Shown here: positions 7,406 to 16,361 of the stretch, one piece after another
Layout: each line of letters begins with the position of its first letter
How positions within the stretch are numbered: position 1 is the first letter of the stretch
Assembly (NCBI GenBank): GCA_021803945.1
Contig: JAJZKW010000001.1
Coordinates: 77,127 to 141,126 of the forward strand
Direction: 5' to 3'
Length of the DNA stretch: 64,000 nt
DNA from: Candidatus Micrarchaeota archaeon
GTDB taxonomy: Archaea; Micrarchaeota; Micrarchaeia; Micrarchaeales; CABMGC01
The notes under the pieces: model-generated
Seen by the model: the letters and a program-made list of their open reading frames with translations, nothing else
What the model was told of the DNA's origin: nothing
Database searches by the model: none
Program-made: the position numbers and the translations under genes

Positions 7406-9757
7406 ATGAAGGACAGGTTTGATCACAAGGAAGCAGAGCCGCGGATTTCGAAGTTCTGGGAAGAGAACAGCATATACAAATTTGACGAGGGTACAACGAA
7501 GGAGGTCTATTCGATAGACACTCCTCCCCCTACGATGTCAGGCAACATACACCTGGGACATGCCTTTTCCTATTCCCAGGCAGATTTCGTGGCGAGGTAC
7601 AAGAGGATGAGAGGCTACAACGTCTTCTACCCGTTCGGATTTGACAACAACGGCATTCCTACAGAGCTTCTTGTGGAGAAGGTAAACAACACCACAGCAG
7701 AGAAGGCCGGGAGGGAGAAGTTCGCGCAGCTGGTAGAGGCAGAGACTGACAAGCTGGAGACTGTCTACAAGGACGTATGGAGGAGCCTTGGCATATCTGC
7801 TGACTGGTCCCTGCTTTATACCACAATAAGCAAGGAAGTTCAGAGGATCTCGCAGCATTCGTTCCTCGAGCTGAACAGGATGGGCAGGGAATACAGGAAG
7901 GAGACTCCCACAATATGGTGCCCGAAAGAGGGAACCGCGTTGTCGCAGATGGAGCTCAAGGACAAGGCGCTTAAGTCAAAACTCGTGGAGATAAAGTTTG
8001 CAGAAGGCATCGTGATAGCGACGACCAGGCCTGAGCTCCTGCCCGGGTGCGTTGCCGTAATGATAAATCCTGATGACAAAAGGGCGCCTTCCCTTGTAGG
8101 GAGGAGCGTAAAGGTCCCGATATTCGGTCATGAGGTAAAGGTGATAGCCGATAAAAAGGTGGATATCGAAAAGGGAACTGGCATTGTGATGTGCTGCACA
8201 TTCGGCGACCTCACAGACATAGAATGGTATAGGGCATATAATCTGCCACTCAGAATAGTCATGGACAAGAACGGAAAGATGCTACCCGAGTATTTCAATG
8301 GGATGAAAGTGAGGGACGCACGCGAATTCATAATCAAGGATCTCGAAGGGAAGGGGTACGTGACCGGGAAGAGGGAGATAGAGCACAATGTCAATGTGCA
8401 TGAAAGGTGCAATACCGAGATCGAATTCCTGGTAAAGAAACAATGGTTCATAAAATACCTGGACATGAAGGAGAAGCTCCTGGAACTGGGGAAAATGATA
8501 AGATGGCACCCTGCCACTATGGCGGTGAGGTACGATAATTGGGTAAGCGGCCTGCAGTGGGACTGGTCCATATCAAGGCAGAGGTATTACGGCATACCTT
8601 TCCCTGTATGGTACTGCAAGAGCTGCGACGAACCAGTATTTGCGGATGAAAAGGATCTCCCTGTAAATCCGTTGGTTGACAAATACGCCGGAAGTTGCCC
8701 GAAATGCGGAGGAGCGGAATTTGAGCCAGAAGCAGACGTGCTCGACACCTGGGCGACATCCTCCCTCTCTCCCCTGATAAACTCGAGGTGGGGAGTAGAC
8801 GAAAGATACCTGTCCAGAATATACCCGATGTCTCTGAGGCCCCAAGCCCATGACATAATCTCATTCTGGCTTTTTACAACAGTGGTCAAGTGCTATCTGC
8901 ACACTGGGAAGCTTCCGTGGAGCGATGTCCTTATATCAGGGCACGGACTAGACCAGAATGGCATGCCTATGCACAAGTCGACAGGGAACATAGTGGAGCC
9001 AAGGACGGTTATAGAAAAATACGGCGCAGACCCGCTCAGGCACTGGGCAAGCCTGTCAAAACTCGGAGACGACGCCTCATTCCAGGAAAAGGATTTCATA
9101 ACAGGGTCGAAGATCGTAAACAAGCTGTGGAACGTCTCAAAATTCATAGAGATGAACAGGGGTACCGGCCAGGAAGAAACCAAAAACATAATGGACAGGT
9201 GGATAATGTCGAAGTCGCTGATCACTGTGAAGGAAGCCACGGCGATGTTCGAAGATTTCAACTACGCAGGCGCAAAGAGGCTGATAGACGAATTCTTCTG
9301 GTTTTTCTGCGACAACTACCTGGAGTTCATAAAATACAGGACCTACAACGGGGACAGGAGCGCCAGCCGAACGCTTAATGCGGTATTCCTAACAATATTG
9401 AAGATGATGGCGCCGTTCATGCCTTACATAACAGAGGAGATCTACCAGCTGCTGTACACAGGCTCAGGAGAGAAGTCAATACATCTGTCGCGGTGGCCCG
9501 AATTTGACGAAAGGATGCTTGACGGCAATGCTCTTGAAGTTGGGGAAGAGGCGTGCAAAGTAATAACGTACATAAGGCAGTGGAAGCATGACAACAAGAA
9601 AGCTCTCAACGCAGACCTGGCCGAGGTTGTCGTAAGCAGGGAACTGGGCACAGCCATGAACGACATAAAGGGCGCGATGAAGATAGCGGAGCTGAGAGTC
9701 GGTAGCGCCAAGGAGAATATACCAGGGACAGATATATCGATAGAGATAAGGCCGTAG
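7406..9757 (+). CDS. valS: Valyl-tRNA synthetase
   Basis: 783-aa ORF. Class I HIGH-type TPPPTMSGNIHLGH, editing-domain region, KMSKS-type MHKSTGN. Overall archaeal ValRS layout. Confidence 0.85.
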   Translation: MKDRFDHKEAEPRISKFWEENSIYKFDEGTTKEVYSIDTPPPTMSGNIHLGHAFSYSQADFVARYKRMRGYNVFYPFGFDNNGIPTELLVEKVNNTTAEKAGREKFAQLVEAETDKLETVYKDVWRSLGISADWSLLYTTISKEVQRISQHSFLELNRMGREYRKETPTIWCPKEGTALSQMELKDKALKSKLVEIKFAEGIVIATTRPELLPGCVAVMINPDDKRAPSLVGRSVKVPIFGHEVKVIADKKVDIEKGTGIVMCCTFGDLTDIEWYRAYNLPLRIVMDKNGKMLPEYFNGMKVRDAREFIIKDLEGKGYVTGKREIEHNVNVHERCNTEIEFLVKKQWFIKYLDMKEKLLELGKMIRWHPATMAVRYDNWVSGLQWDWSISRQRYYGIPFPVWYCKSCDEPVFADEKDLPVNPLVDKYAGSCPKCGGAEFEPEADVLDTWATSSLSPLINSRWGVDERYLSRIYPMSLRPQAHDIISFWLFTTVVKCYLHTGKLPWSDVLISGHGLDQNGMPMHKSTGNIVEPRTVIEKYGADPLRHWASLSKLGDDASFQEKDFITGSKIVNKLWNVSKFIEMNRGTGQEETKNIMDRWIMSKSLITVKEATAMFEDFNYAGAKRLIDEFFWFFCDNYLEFIKYRTYNGDRSASRTLNAVFLTILKMMAPFMPYITEEIYQLLYTGSGEKSIHLSRWPEFDERMLDGNALEVGEEACKVITYIRQWKHDNKKALNADLAEVVVSRELGTAMNDIKGAMKIAELRVGSAKENIPGTDISIEIRP

Positions 9758-9888
9758 GGAAATCTCTCCGTACTGGCCGCGCAGTATCCGAAGCCGCAGG
9801 CGTTTCCCGCTATGGTTATATAAACGTTATTGCTGGATACTATAAAATACTAGAGACTTGAGTTTTAAGTCCAATTTGTAGGGTTTTA

Positions 9889-10353
9889 ATGGCACGAATG
9901 CATACTGGAAAGCACGGGAAGGCTAAATCAAGGAAACCTGACGTGCCGCTGGGAACCAGGCCGGAAGGGCTTGACCTGAGCAATGACGAAATAACCAAGC
10001 TGATTGTCGGATACGCGAAGCAGGGAATGCACCAGGCAGAGATAGGCCAGACGCTGAAGAGAGAGCACCACGTCCCGTATGTGAAGCAGGTCTTCGAGAA
10101 GAGGCTCGGAGTGATACTGGAAGAAAATGGATTCAAGAGAGACATACCTCAGGACATGATGGACCTGCTTACAAAGGCGATAATGCTGAGAAGGCACATA
10201 GAGAGGAACCACAACGACATCCACAACAAGACAAGCCTGCACAGGGTGGAGGCAAAGATCTGGAGATTGAGCAATTACTACAGGAGGAACGGGCAGTTGC
10301 CTTCTGACTGGAAATACGACCCGGTCAAGGTGGCGCTGATCATAAAGAGCTGA
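9889..10353 (+). CDS. rps15: 30S ribosomal protein uS15 (S15P/S13e)
   Basis: 154-aa ORF beginning MARMHTGKHGKAKSRKP..., the typical archaeal S15 N-terminus. Confidence 0.9.
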   Translation: MARMHTGKHGKAKSRKPDVPLGTRPEGLDLSNDEITKLIVGYAKQGMHQAEIGQTLKREHHVPYVKQVFEKRLGVILEENGFKRDIPQDMMDLLTKAIMLRRHIERNHNDIHNKTSLHRVEAKIWRLSNYYRRNGQLPSDWKYDPVKVALIIKS

Positions 10354-10357
10354 GTAT

Positions 10358-10918
10358 ATGGCCACAAAAGCATCGGACAACTGGAAGAGCAAGGTGTGGT
10401 TCAATGTCTACCCGCCAAAGCTACTCGGCGAGTCTGCAATAGGAGAAATACCTGCAAACGATGAAAAAGGGGTAATGGGCCGTGTGATAAAGGTCAGCAT
10501 GTCCTGGATAACGCATAGGGCCGAGCATTCTTTCATGCTGGTTGGGCTGAGGGTCAAATCGGTAAGCGGAAACAACGTCAACACCGAAATCGATTACATA
10601 GAGCAGACATACAGCTACATACATTCCCTTGTCAAAAGGCACAGCAGCGCGATATATACGATGGACAGGCTCACCGACAAGAACGGAAGGAAATACGTGC
10701 TCAAGCTTCTTGCAGTCACAGGGAGCAAGATAAGGACCCCGAAGAAGATGGCGGTCAGGAAAAAGCTCGGTGAGTTCGTAATGGATTTCTCAGCGTCCCA
10801 CACTGTTGATGAACTCCTGAACTCCATGCTGAACAACAGCTTCCAATCCGAAGCCGTGAGGAGCGTGAACAACATAGCTAGGATAAGCAAACTCGAGCTT
10901 AAGAGGATCGAGTTCTGA
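10358..10918 (+). CDS. rps3ae: 30S ribosomal protein eS1 (S3Ae)
   Basis: 186-aa ORF. KSKVWFNVYPPKLLGESAIGEIPA... matches the S3Ae family start. Lies 4 nt after rps15. Confidence 0.85.
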   Translation: MATKASDNWKSKVWFNVYPPKLLGESAIGEIPANDEKGVMGRVIKVSMSWITHRAEHSFMLVGLRVKSVSGNNVNTEIDYIEQTYSYIHSLVKRHSSAIYTMDRLTDKNGRKYVLKLLAVTGSKIRTPKKMAVRKKLGEFVMDFSASHTVDELLNSMLNNSFQSEAVRSVNNIARISKLELKRIEF

Positions 10919-10936
10919 AAATGGTCCGCTATAGGG

Positions 10937-11284
10937 TCACAGCTTTTCCTTAATCATTTCGGCAAGAACAACAGCATTGTTGTGTTCTGTGTCCTTTGCG
11001 GAATAAAGCAGGGTGACGTCAGATGATTTTACAATCGTCAGCAGCTCTTCAAAATGCCTGTTGTCTGCAAGTTCTTCCCTATACTTCCTGCCAAAGCCGT
11101 CCCATTTCTCCGGCTCATGGTTGAACCACTGCCTCAGTCCATCGCTAGGTGCAACCTCCTTCATCCAGATGTCTATGTTTACAGTGCTCTTCTTAACGCC
11201 CCTGGGCCACAGTCTGTCAACAAAAATCCGCTTCCCGTCAGTTATGCTTGGTTTGTCATATATCCGCTTTATCCCAACCAACAT
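10937..11284 (-). CDS. DUF488 family protein
   Basis: 115-aa ORF. VDRLWPRGVKK...W.KEVAPSDGLRQWFNHEPEKWDGFGRKYREEL is the DUF488 pattern. Confidence 0.7.
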   Translation of the reverse strand: MLVGIKRIYDKPSITDGKRIFVDRLWPRGVKKSTVNIDIWMKEVAPSDGLRQWFNHEPEKWDGFGRKYREELADNRHFEELLTIVKSSDVTLLYSAKDTEHNNAVVLAEMIKEKL

Positions 11285-11399
11285 CTAAGCACTGTTTTAA
11301 TATCACTATTTAACATTATAAAACCTTTCATTCACCGCGCTCCGGCTCCCGCAGTAAGAGTTTGTGCGTGCGCAGCTCGCCTTAACGGAATGGTAATGG

Positions 11400-11407
11400 T
11401 TTATAAA
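11400..11407 (+). promoter_or_regulatory. TATA box candidate for the 16S rRNA transcript
   Basis: tttataaa lies ~90 nt upstream of the processing-stem arm at 11491. Confidence 0.3.
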
Positions 11408-11490
11408 CTTATACTTACTAAGAGTTCTTTGCAATAGGTTTAGCCACGCTAAATACTATGCGACTTTTGTGAAAATTCCTGATGGAATTA

Positions 11491-11541
11491 GATGTAGTCT
11501 TGAGTAGTGTAAGGAAGACCCGCAAGAACAATTGCTTATAG
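11491..11541 (+). repeat. 5' arm of the 16S rRNA processing helix
   Basis: gatgtagtcttgag (11491-11504) is the perfect reverse complement of ctcaagactacatc (13106-13119). Pairing continues imperfectly (tagtg/cacta, ggaag/cttcc, cccgcaa/ttgcggg). Confidence 0.8.
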
Positions 11542-11547
11542 TTAAAG

Positions 11548-13032
11548 ACTCCAGTCGATGCTGCTGGAGGACACTGCTATCAGATTTCGACAGCCATGCA
11601 AGTCAGCTCAACGGCTTCGTTGGGCGGCGTACGGCTCAGTAACGCGTGGTCAATCTACCGCAGAGAGGGGGATAACGTTGGGAAACTGACGCTAATACCA
11701 CATAGGTTAGGAACTCTGGAAAGAATCCCAATCTAAAGGGTTGCAAATTGCAGCATTACCGCTCTGCGATGAGACTGCGTCGGATCAGGCAGATGGCGGG
11801 GTAACGGCCCACCATACCTTTGACCCGTATGGGATATGAGAGTAAGAGCCCAGAGAAGGGCACTGAGACAATGGCCCTAGTGCTACGGCATGCAGCAGGC
11901 GCGCAAACTCCACAATGCGCATACGCGTGATGGGGGGAATCTGAGTGGTTCACTTCGGTGAATCTTTTGCCGAGTTTAGCAAGCTCGGAGAATAAGTGCT
12001 GGGTAAGACCGGTGGCAGCCGCCACGGTAATACCGGCGGCACAAGTGGTGTTCACAATTATTGGGCTTAAAGCGTTAGTAGCCGGCTGAAACAGTCTTGT
12101 GTGAAATGTTGGTGCATGACATCAACACGTGCATAAGATACCTTTCGGCTAGGGAGTGGGAGAGGTCAGGAGTATTCATGGGGTAAGGGTAAAATCTCGT
12201 AATCCTATGAAGACTACCGGTGGCGAAGGCGCCTGACCAGAACATATCCGACGGTGAGTGACGAAGGCCAGGAGAACGAATCGGATTAGATACCCGAGTA
12301 GCCCTGGCAGTAAATGATGCAGACTCTGGTGTTGCATTTGCCACGAGCAAATGCAGTACCGTAGGACAACTGTTAAGTCTGCCGCCTGGGGAGTACGGCC
12401 GCAAGGTTGAAACTTAAAGCAATTGGCGGGGGAGCACACAAGGGGTGGATGCTACGGTTCAATTGAATTCTACGTCGGGAACTTTACCTGGAGCGACGGC
12501 AGTGTGAAGGCCAGGCTAATGACCTTGCCTGACAAGCCGAGAGGTGGTGCATGGCGATCGTCAGTTCGTGGTGTGAACTCTCCGGTTAAGTCCGGTAACG
12601 AACGAGATCCTCGTTGACAGTTGCTACTGGTTCAGAGATGAATCAGGCACTCTGTCGAGACCGCCTGCGTTTAAGCAGGAGGAAGGAGAGGGCGACGGTA
12701 CGTCAGTATGCCCCGAATCTCCAGGGCTACACGCGGCATACAGAGGTTGGTACAATGAGTTGCTACCCAGAAATGGGATGCTAATCCCCTAAAACCAATC
12801 TAGGTTCGAATTGAGGGTTGAAACTCACCCTCATGAAGCTGGAATCCCTAGTAATCGCGTGTCACCAACGCGCGGTGAATATGTCCCCGCTCCTTGCACA
12901 CACCGCCTGCCAAGTCATCCAAGTGGGGCCTTAGTGACGCAGCATCTTAGTGGTGCTTTCGAACTAAGGTTCCGTGAGGGGGGCTAAGGCATAACAAGGT
13001 ATCCGTAGGGGAACCTGTGGATAGATCACCTC
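11548..13032 (+). rRNA. 16S (SSU) rRNA, archaeal, highly divergent, not linked to a 23S
   Basis: 5' actccagtcgatgctgctggagg...gccatgcaagtc; 530-loop region gtggcagccgccacggtaatacc; 3' aacaaggtatccgtaggggaacctgtggatagatcacctc. About 1485 nt, no intron apparent. Confidence 0.9.
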
Positions 13033-13071
13033 AAAACTTTACGAAGTTTTGCTATCAATTAAGTGTGCGTA

Positions 13072-13119
13072 GAAGCAACAAGTATTGCGGGCTTCCCACT
13101 AAAATCTCAAGACTACATC
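13072..13119 (+). repeat. 3' arm of the 16S rRNA processing helix
   Basis: Complement of 11491-11541 (see that feature). Confidence 0.8.
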
Positions 13120-13124
13120 TTCAC

Positions 13125-13131
13125 TTTTTTT
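13125..13131 (+). terminator. Oligo-T terminator candidate directly after the 16S processing helix
   Basis: T7 run 6 nt after the helix arm. Archaeal terminators are oligo-T tracts. Consistent with a monocistronic 16S transcript. Confidence 0.4.
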
Positions 13132-13253
13132 ATTGCGCAGAGCATCCAAAAAGCCGGGTTTACAAACCGTTTTTATGATGGAAAAGGCATCCGATACCGA
13201 AGGACACGGGCCCGTAGGAAAGCCATTTATAATTTTCTTGGCATATCATCATC

Positions 13254-13688
13254 ATGGACGATTTGGAGCACGACATCAAGGAATTACTCAAGGATATAGG
13301 CGGAATGATAAAAGAGAACATGCTGGTGAGACAGGCCGCATCTTCAGGGCCGAACTGGAGGACGTACAACCAGAAGGTTGCAAACCAGATAAAGCTCACA
13401 ATGAGGGCGCTAAGCCCTATAATAGACAAATCTGCAATGTCAGTTATCCAAAGACCAGCAAAGGGCCGTAAGTCGTGCCTTGACCTCAGGCAGAAGGTAA
13501 CTCTCCTGATAGTGAAGCAGCTTCTCGGCAGGAGCAACAGGGGCATGTCCTACATGCTGACGCTATTTTCCTCTATGAGCGGATCCTATCTTGGCTATAA
13601 GAGCGTAGAGAGACTGTATTCCGACAATCAGGTATATCTTGCCCTGTCCAAGATGCACGAGCTGCTTTCTGCCAGTATATGCGCATGA
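13254..13688 (+). CDS. Hypothetical protein; possibly an N-terminal fragment of an IS transposase (DUF772-like pattern)
   Basis: 144-aa ORF. KGRKSCLDLRQKVTLLIVKQLLGRSNRGMSYMLTLF...YKSVERLYSD resembles N-terminal helix-turn-helix regions of IS5-like transposases. No DDE domain follows. Confidence 0.3.
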   Translation: MDDLEHDIKELLKDIGGMIKENMLVRQAASSGPNWRTYNQKVANQIKLTMRALSPIIDKSAMSVIQRPAKGRKSCLDLRQKVTLLIVKQLLGRSNRGMSYMLTLFSSMSGSYLGYKSVERLYSDNQVYLALSKMHELLSASICA

Positions 13689-13760
13689 AGAGAAAAGCCT
13701 ATTATGTCCCAGATTGAAAATCAATATATATACAAAAACAGATAAGATATCGTGATTAGA

Positions 13761-13931
13761 ATGAAGAAATTTGAATGCAAGAGTTTGGGATCCGACTGCC
13801 AGTTCAGCGCGTCGGCAGAGAACGCAGAGGAGGTAGTGGCAAAGGCGGAAGAGCATATGGCAACAGCCCACAACATGCAGCGCGGAGAGGAGACAAAGGC
13901 CAAGATAAGGACAGCATTGACAGAGGCATAA
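13761..13931 (+). CDS. DUF1059 family small protein
   Basis: 56-aa ORF, below the track cutoff. My translation is MKKFECKSLGSDCQFSASAENAEEVVAKAEEHMATAHNMQRGEETKAKIRTALTEA*. This is the DUF1059 pattern (MKxFxCxxxGxxCxF...EE...H....H). Start and stop verified by position. Confidence 0.7.
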   Translation: MKKFECKSLGSDCQFSASAENAEEVVAKAEEHMATAHNMQRGEETKAKIRTALTEA

Positions 13932-14027
13932 TCTGCAAACTGTGCGTTAAGATCTTTGTTTTTATTTTAACGCACTTTCCTTCTTTTGTAATGGGTTGTT
14001 TGAGATCCTGATTGGTTTGATGATGGC

Positions 14028-14378
14028 ATGAGGATAGGCATAGATTTTGATGGGACAATAACCGACAACCCTGAGTTTTTCAGCAGGTTTACGAGGGCGC
14101 TCAAGCATACCGATGTAGTCTATATAATCTCGTCATGCGACAAACGCAGCGAAAGCGTGCTGCGCAAGACAACAGAGCGGAAGAAAAGGAAGCTAAGGGA
14201 ATGGAACATTTCATACAGCAAGCTATTATTTGCATTGGAGCCTATACCATACAACAAGGCCAGGATGTGCAGGGAGCACAGGGTGGACGTGATGATAGAT
14301 GATGATCACAGAAACCTGAAAAAAATACAAAAAGACTGCAAGGCTACGGCCTGCCTGCAGTATATAAACAAGCGTTGA
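14028..14378 (+). CDS. Small HAD-like (nucleotidase-type) hydrolase
   Basis: 116-aa ORF. Motif I IGIDFDGTITD, late VMIDDD. Confidence 0.5.
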   Translation: MRIGIDFDGTITDNPEFFSRFTRALKHTDVVYIISSCDKRSESVLRKTTERKKRKLREWNISYSKLLFALEPIPYNKARMCREHRVDVMIDDDHRNLKKIQKDCKATACLQYINKR

Positions 14379-14382
14379 TTAT

Positions 14383-15714
14383 TTGGCAATTGGCAAGATA
14401 AACTTAGGGATAGTGTCTCAGACTCCTGTTGTCAGGCTATCTGACGACCAGAACAGTGAAACTTCCGGGCCTTCGGGAATAGAAGGCAGAAGATTCGTTC
14501 CAACAATAGGCGGCGTTGCTCCGCTTATAAAAACGCAGCTCAGTGAGCTTTTAAAGCGCAAATTCATAGACAGGGCGGTATGGTTTTCTTTGAATCCAAA
14601 TGCACCGAAAAGCATGGCCCTTTCCAGCAAGGTCAAAGCTGTCAGCGTCTACCTGGAGGGGGAGGGGAGCAAGAACTACACAAATTTCAAGGAGGAGATC
14701 TGGAAGAACATCCACAACCTTGATTCGAGGGATTTCACAATCAGGGAATACCTGGGATACTTCAAATACAACTCAAGACTCGCGGAGATAATGCTACAGG
14801 ACCATGAGGACATATCACTGTTCGAGATACACGACTTCCAGCAACTTCTTCTTGGAGCGATGCTTGGCCCTTCGTTCCCAAGCATACTGAGGTGGCACGG
14901 CCCCTTCTTCCCAGAGATACTGAAGAAAAAGATAAGGAAATTCATAGTCAACGGGCTTGAGGGGAACGACGCTGTGATAGTCAGCACAAAACGCGACCTT
15001 GAAGGGCTTATAAGGGCGGGGTACAAGGGGCACGCGTACCAGATTTACCCTCATGTAGACAATAGCCTATGGAAGCGGCCCAGCAGGAAGAGCACAGATG
15101 AATTCTGCGACAAATTTGGGATAGGGAAGGACGATTTCCTGATCGTGAATGTTGCAAGAATGGATGAGATAAAATCGCAGGATGACTTGATAAAGGCCGT
15201 CGCCCTGCTTAAGCGGAGGGGCATGAAGCTTATGCTGATAGGGGGGAGCAGCTTTACCAGCAAGGACCTTGGGCACCCAAAGGGCGAGCTGTGGATGCAT
15301 GAGCTTAAGGGGCTGGTGAAAAGGCTAAAGGCGGAGAACATGATTATATTTGCAGGCAGCCTTGACCACAGCTGGCTGGAGAGCGCATATTCCAGGGCAG
15401 ACCTTTTCGTCCTGCCTTCAAAAATAGAGGGATTCGGGCTTGTTGTTGTGGAGAACTGGCTTTACTCGACCCCTGCAATAGTGAGCAGGGGTGCGGGAGT
15501 ATCGGAATTGATTATGGAGGGCATCAACGGGCTGACATTCAAGCCAGGGGACCATCAGGACCTGGCAGCAAAGATACTCAGGATATACAAGGACAGCAAG
15601 CTGAACGAATACATGGGAGAGAATGCGCGTAACATGTCAACCGTATGTTATTCATCTACGACTGCGGAGCAGATAATGCGCGTGTATAAAAAGGCCATCG
15701 AAAGCTTTGGTTGA
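14383..15714 (+). CDS. GT-B fold glycosyltransferase (GT4-like)
   Basis: 443-aa ORF (TTG start). C-terminal LPSKIEGFGLVVVENWLYSTPAIVSRGAGVSELI...NGLTF is a GT4 'glycosyl transferases group 1' signature. Confidence 0.7.
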   Translation: MAIGKINLGIVSQTPVVRLSDDQNSETSGPSGIEGRRFVPTIGGVAPLIKTQLSELLKRKFIDRAVWFSLNPNAPKSMALSSKVKAVSVYLEGEGSKNYTNFKEEIWKNIHNLDSRDFTIREYLGYFKYNSRLAEIMLQDHEDISLFEIHDFQQLLLGAMLGPSFPSILRWHGPFFPEILKKKIRKFIVNGLEGNDAVIVSTKRDLEGLIRAGYKGHAYQIYPHVDNSLWKRPSRKSTDEFCDKFGIGKDDFLIVNVARMDEIKSQDDLIKAVALLKRRGMKLMLIGGSSFTSKDLGHPKGELWMHELKGLVKRLKAENMIIFAGSLDHSWLESAYSRADLFVLPSKIEGFGLVVVENWLYSTPAIVSRGAGVSELIMEGINGLTFKPGDHQDLAAKILRIYKDSKLNEYMGENARNMSTVCYSSTTAEQIMRVYKKAIESFG

Positions 15715-15828
15715 GCCCTTTTCTGCTTTTTAATTGATGTGCAGTATTGCCGAAGTGCATCTGAATAGATAGATAATATAATAATCTGTTGCACATGTAA
15801 TTAATCTGCACATGCGAGTGATCCACAG

Positions 15829-16317
15829 ATGAAAACAGTACTGACCCCTGGAATATGCTATATGGCAGGGGTATACAGCAAGGGACCGAAGAGGGAGAAG
15901 AATTTCGTATCCCTGAACACCGGCATGGAATACATGCAGCAGCGCTTTGCCGAAATTGCAGTAAAAGAGCTGCATATAGAGCCAAGCAAGATAATCGTTG
16001 CCAGGGATTCCAGCATGAGCATAGGGTTTTACCACTCAAGAGTTGCAAAGCAGTTGCAGAACATATCAAACAGGGAGGCATACCTCTTCAAGAAATCAAA
16101 TGAGCTTTCCAAGAGCTATGTTGCCGGGATGTTCGATGCGTCAGGCCACTTCCGTCCGGATTCTATTGAAATAAGGCACATAACCCCAAGCGATGCACTT
16201 ATGCTTGAAAATCTGGGCGTACACACAAAAGGCGACAAAATCATGAACATAAGTAAGTTCATCGTCCTGATTGAAGGTTTTAGCCTGCTTTTGAGCCAAA
16301 CCAAGCTGCATAAATGA
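15829..16317 (+). CDS. Free-standing LAGLIDADG-like protein
   Basis: 162-aa ORF with two LAGLIDADG-type motifs about 95 aa apart: ICYMAGVYSKG (aa 9-19) and SYVAGMFDASGHF (aa 106-118). Confidence 0.45.
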   Translation: MKTVLTPGICYMAGVYSKGPKREKNFVSLNTGMEYMQQRFAEIAVKELHIEPSKIIVARDSSMSIGFYHSRVAKQLQNISNREAYLFKKSNELSKSYVAGMFDASGHFRPDSIEIRHITPSDALMLENLGVHTKGDKIMNISKFIVLIEGFSLLLSQTKLHK

Positions 16318-16361
16318 GGCATGCTATAATAAAGGATCCTAGAGACAGGAAGCATCATGAG

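Noticed and set aside
11756-12617. Several 64-109-aa ORFs (11756-12055, 12075-12404, 12176-12439, 12423-12617)
   Set aside because: They lie inside the 16S rRNA gene and are artefacts of translating structural RNA.
13033-13253. Looked for a 16S-23S spacer tRNA(Ala) and a 23S rRNA start
   Set aside because: Only the processing-helix arm, a T7 run and a promoter-like AT-rich region are present. No tRNA cloverleaf or LSU-conserved sequence follows.
14383-15714. Trehalose-6-phosphate synthase (GT20) assignment, suggested by an HDFQ...WHGPFFPEI segment resembling HDYH...LHxPFP
   Set aside because: The C-terminal EGFGLVVVE...GINGLTF signature fits GT4 better. Without a profile search I keep the generic GT-B/GT4 call.
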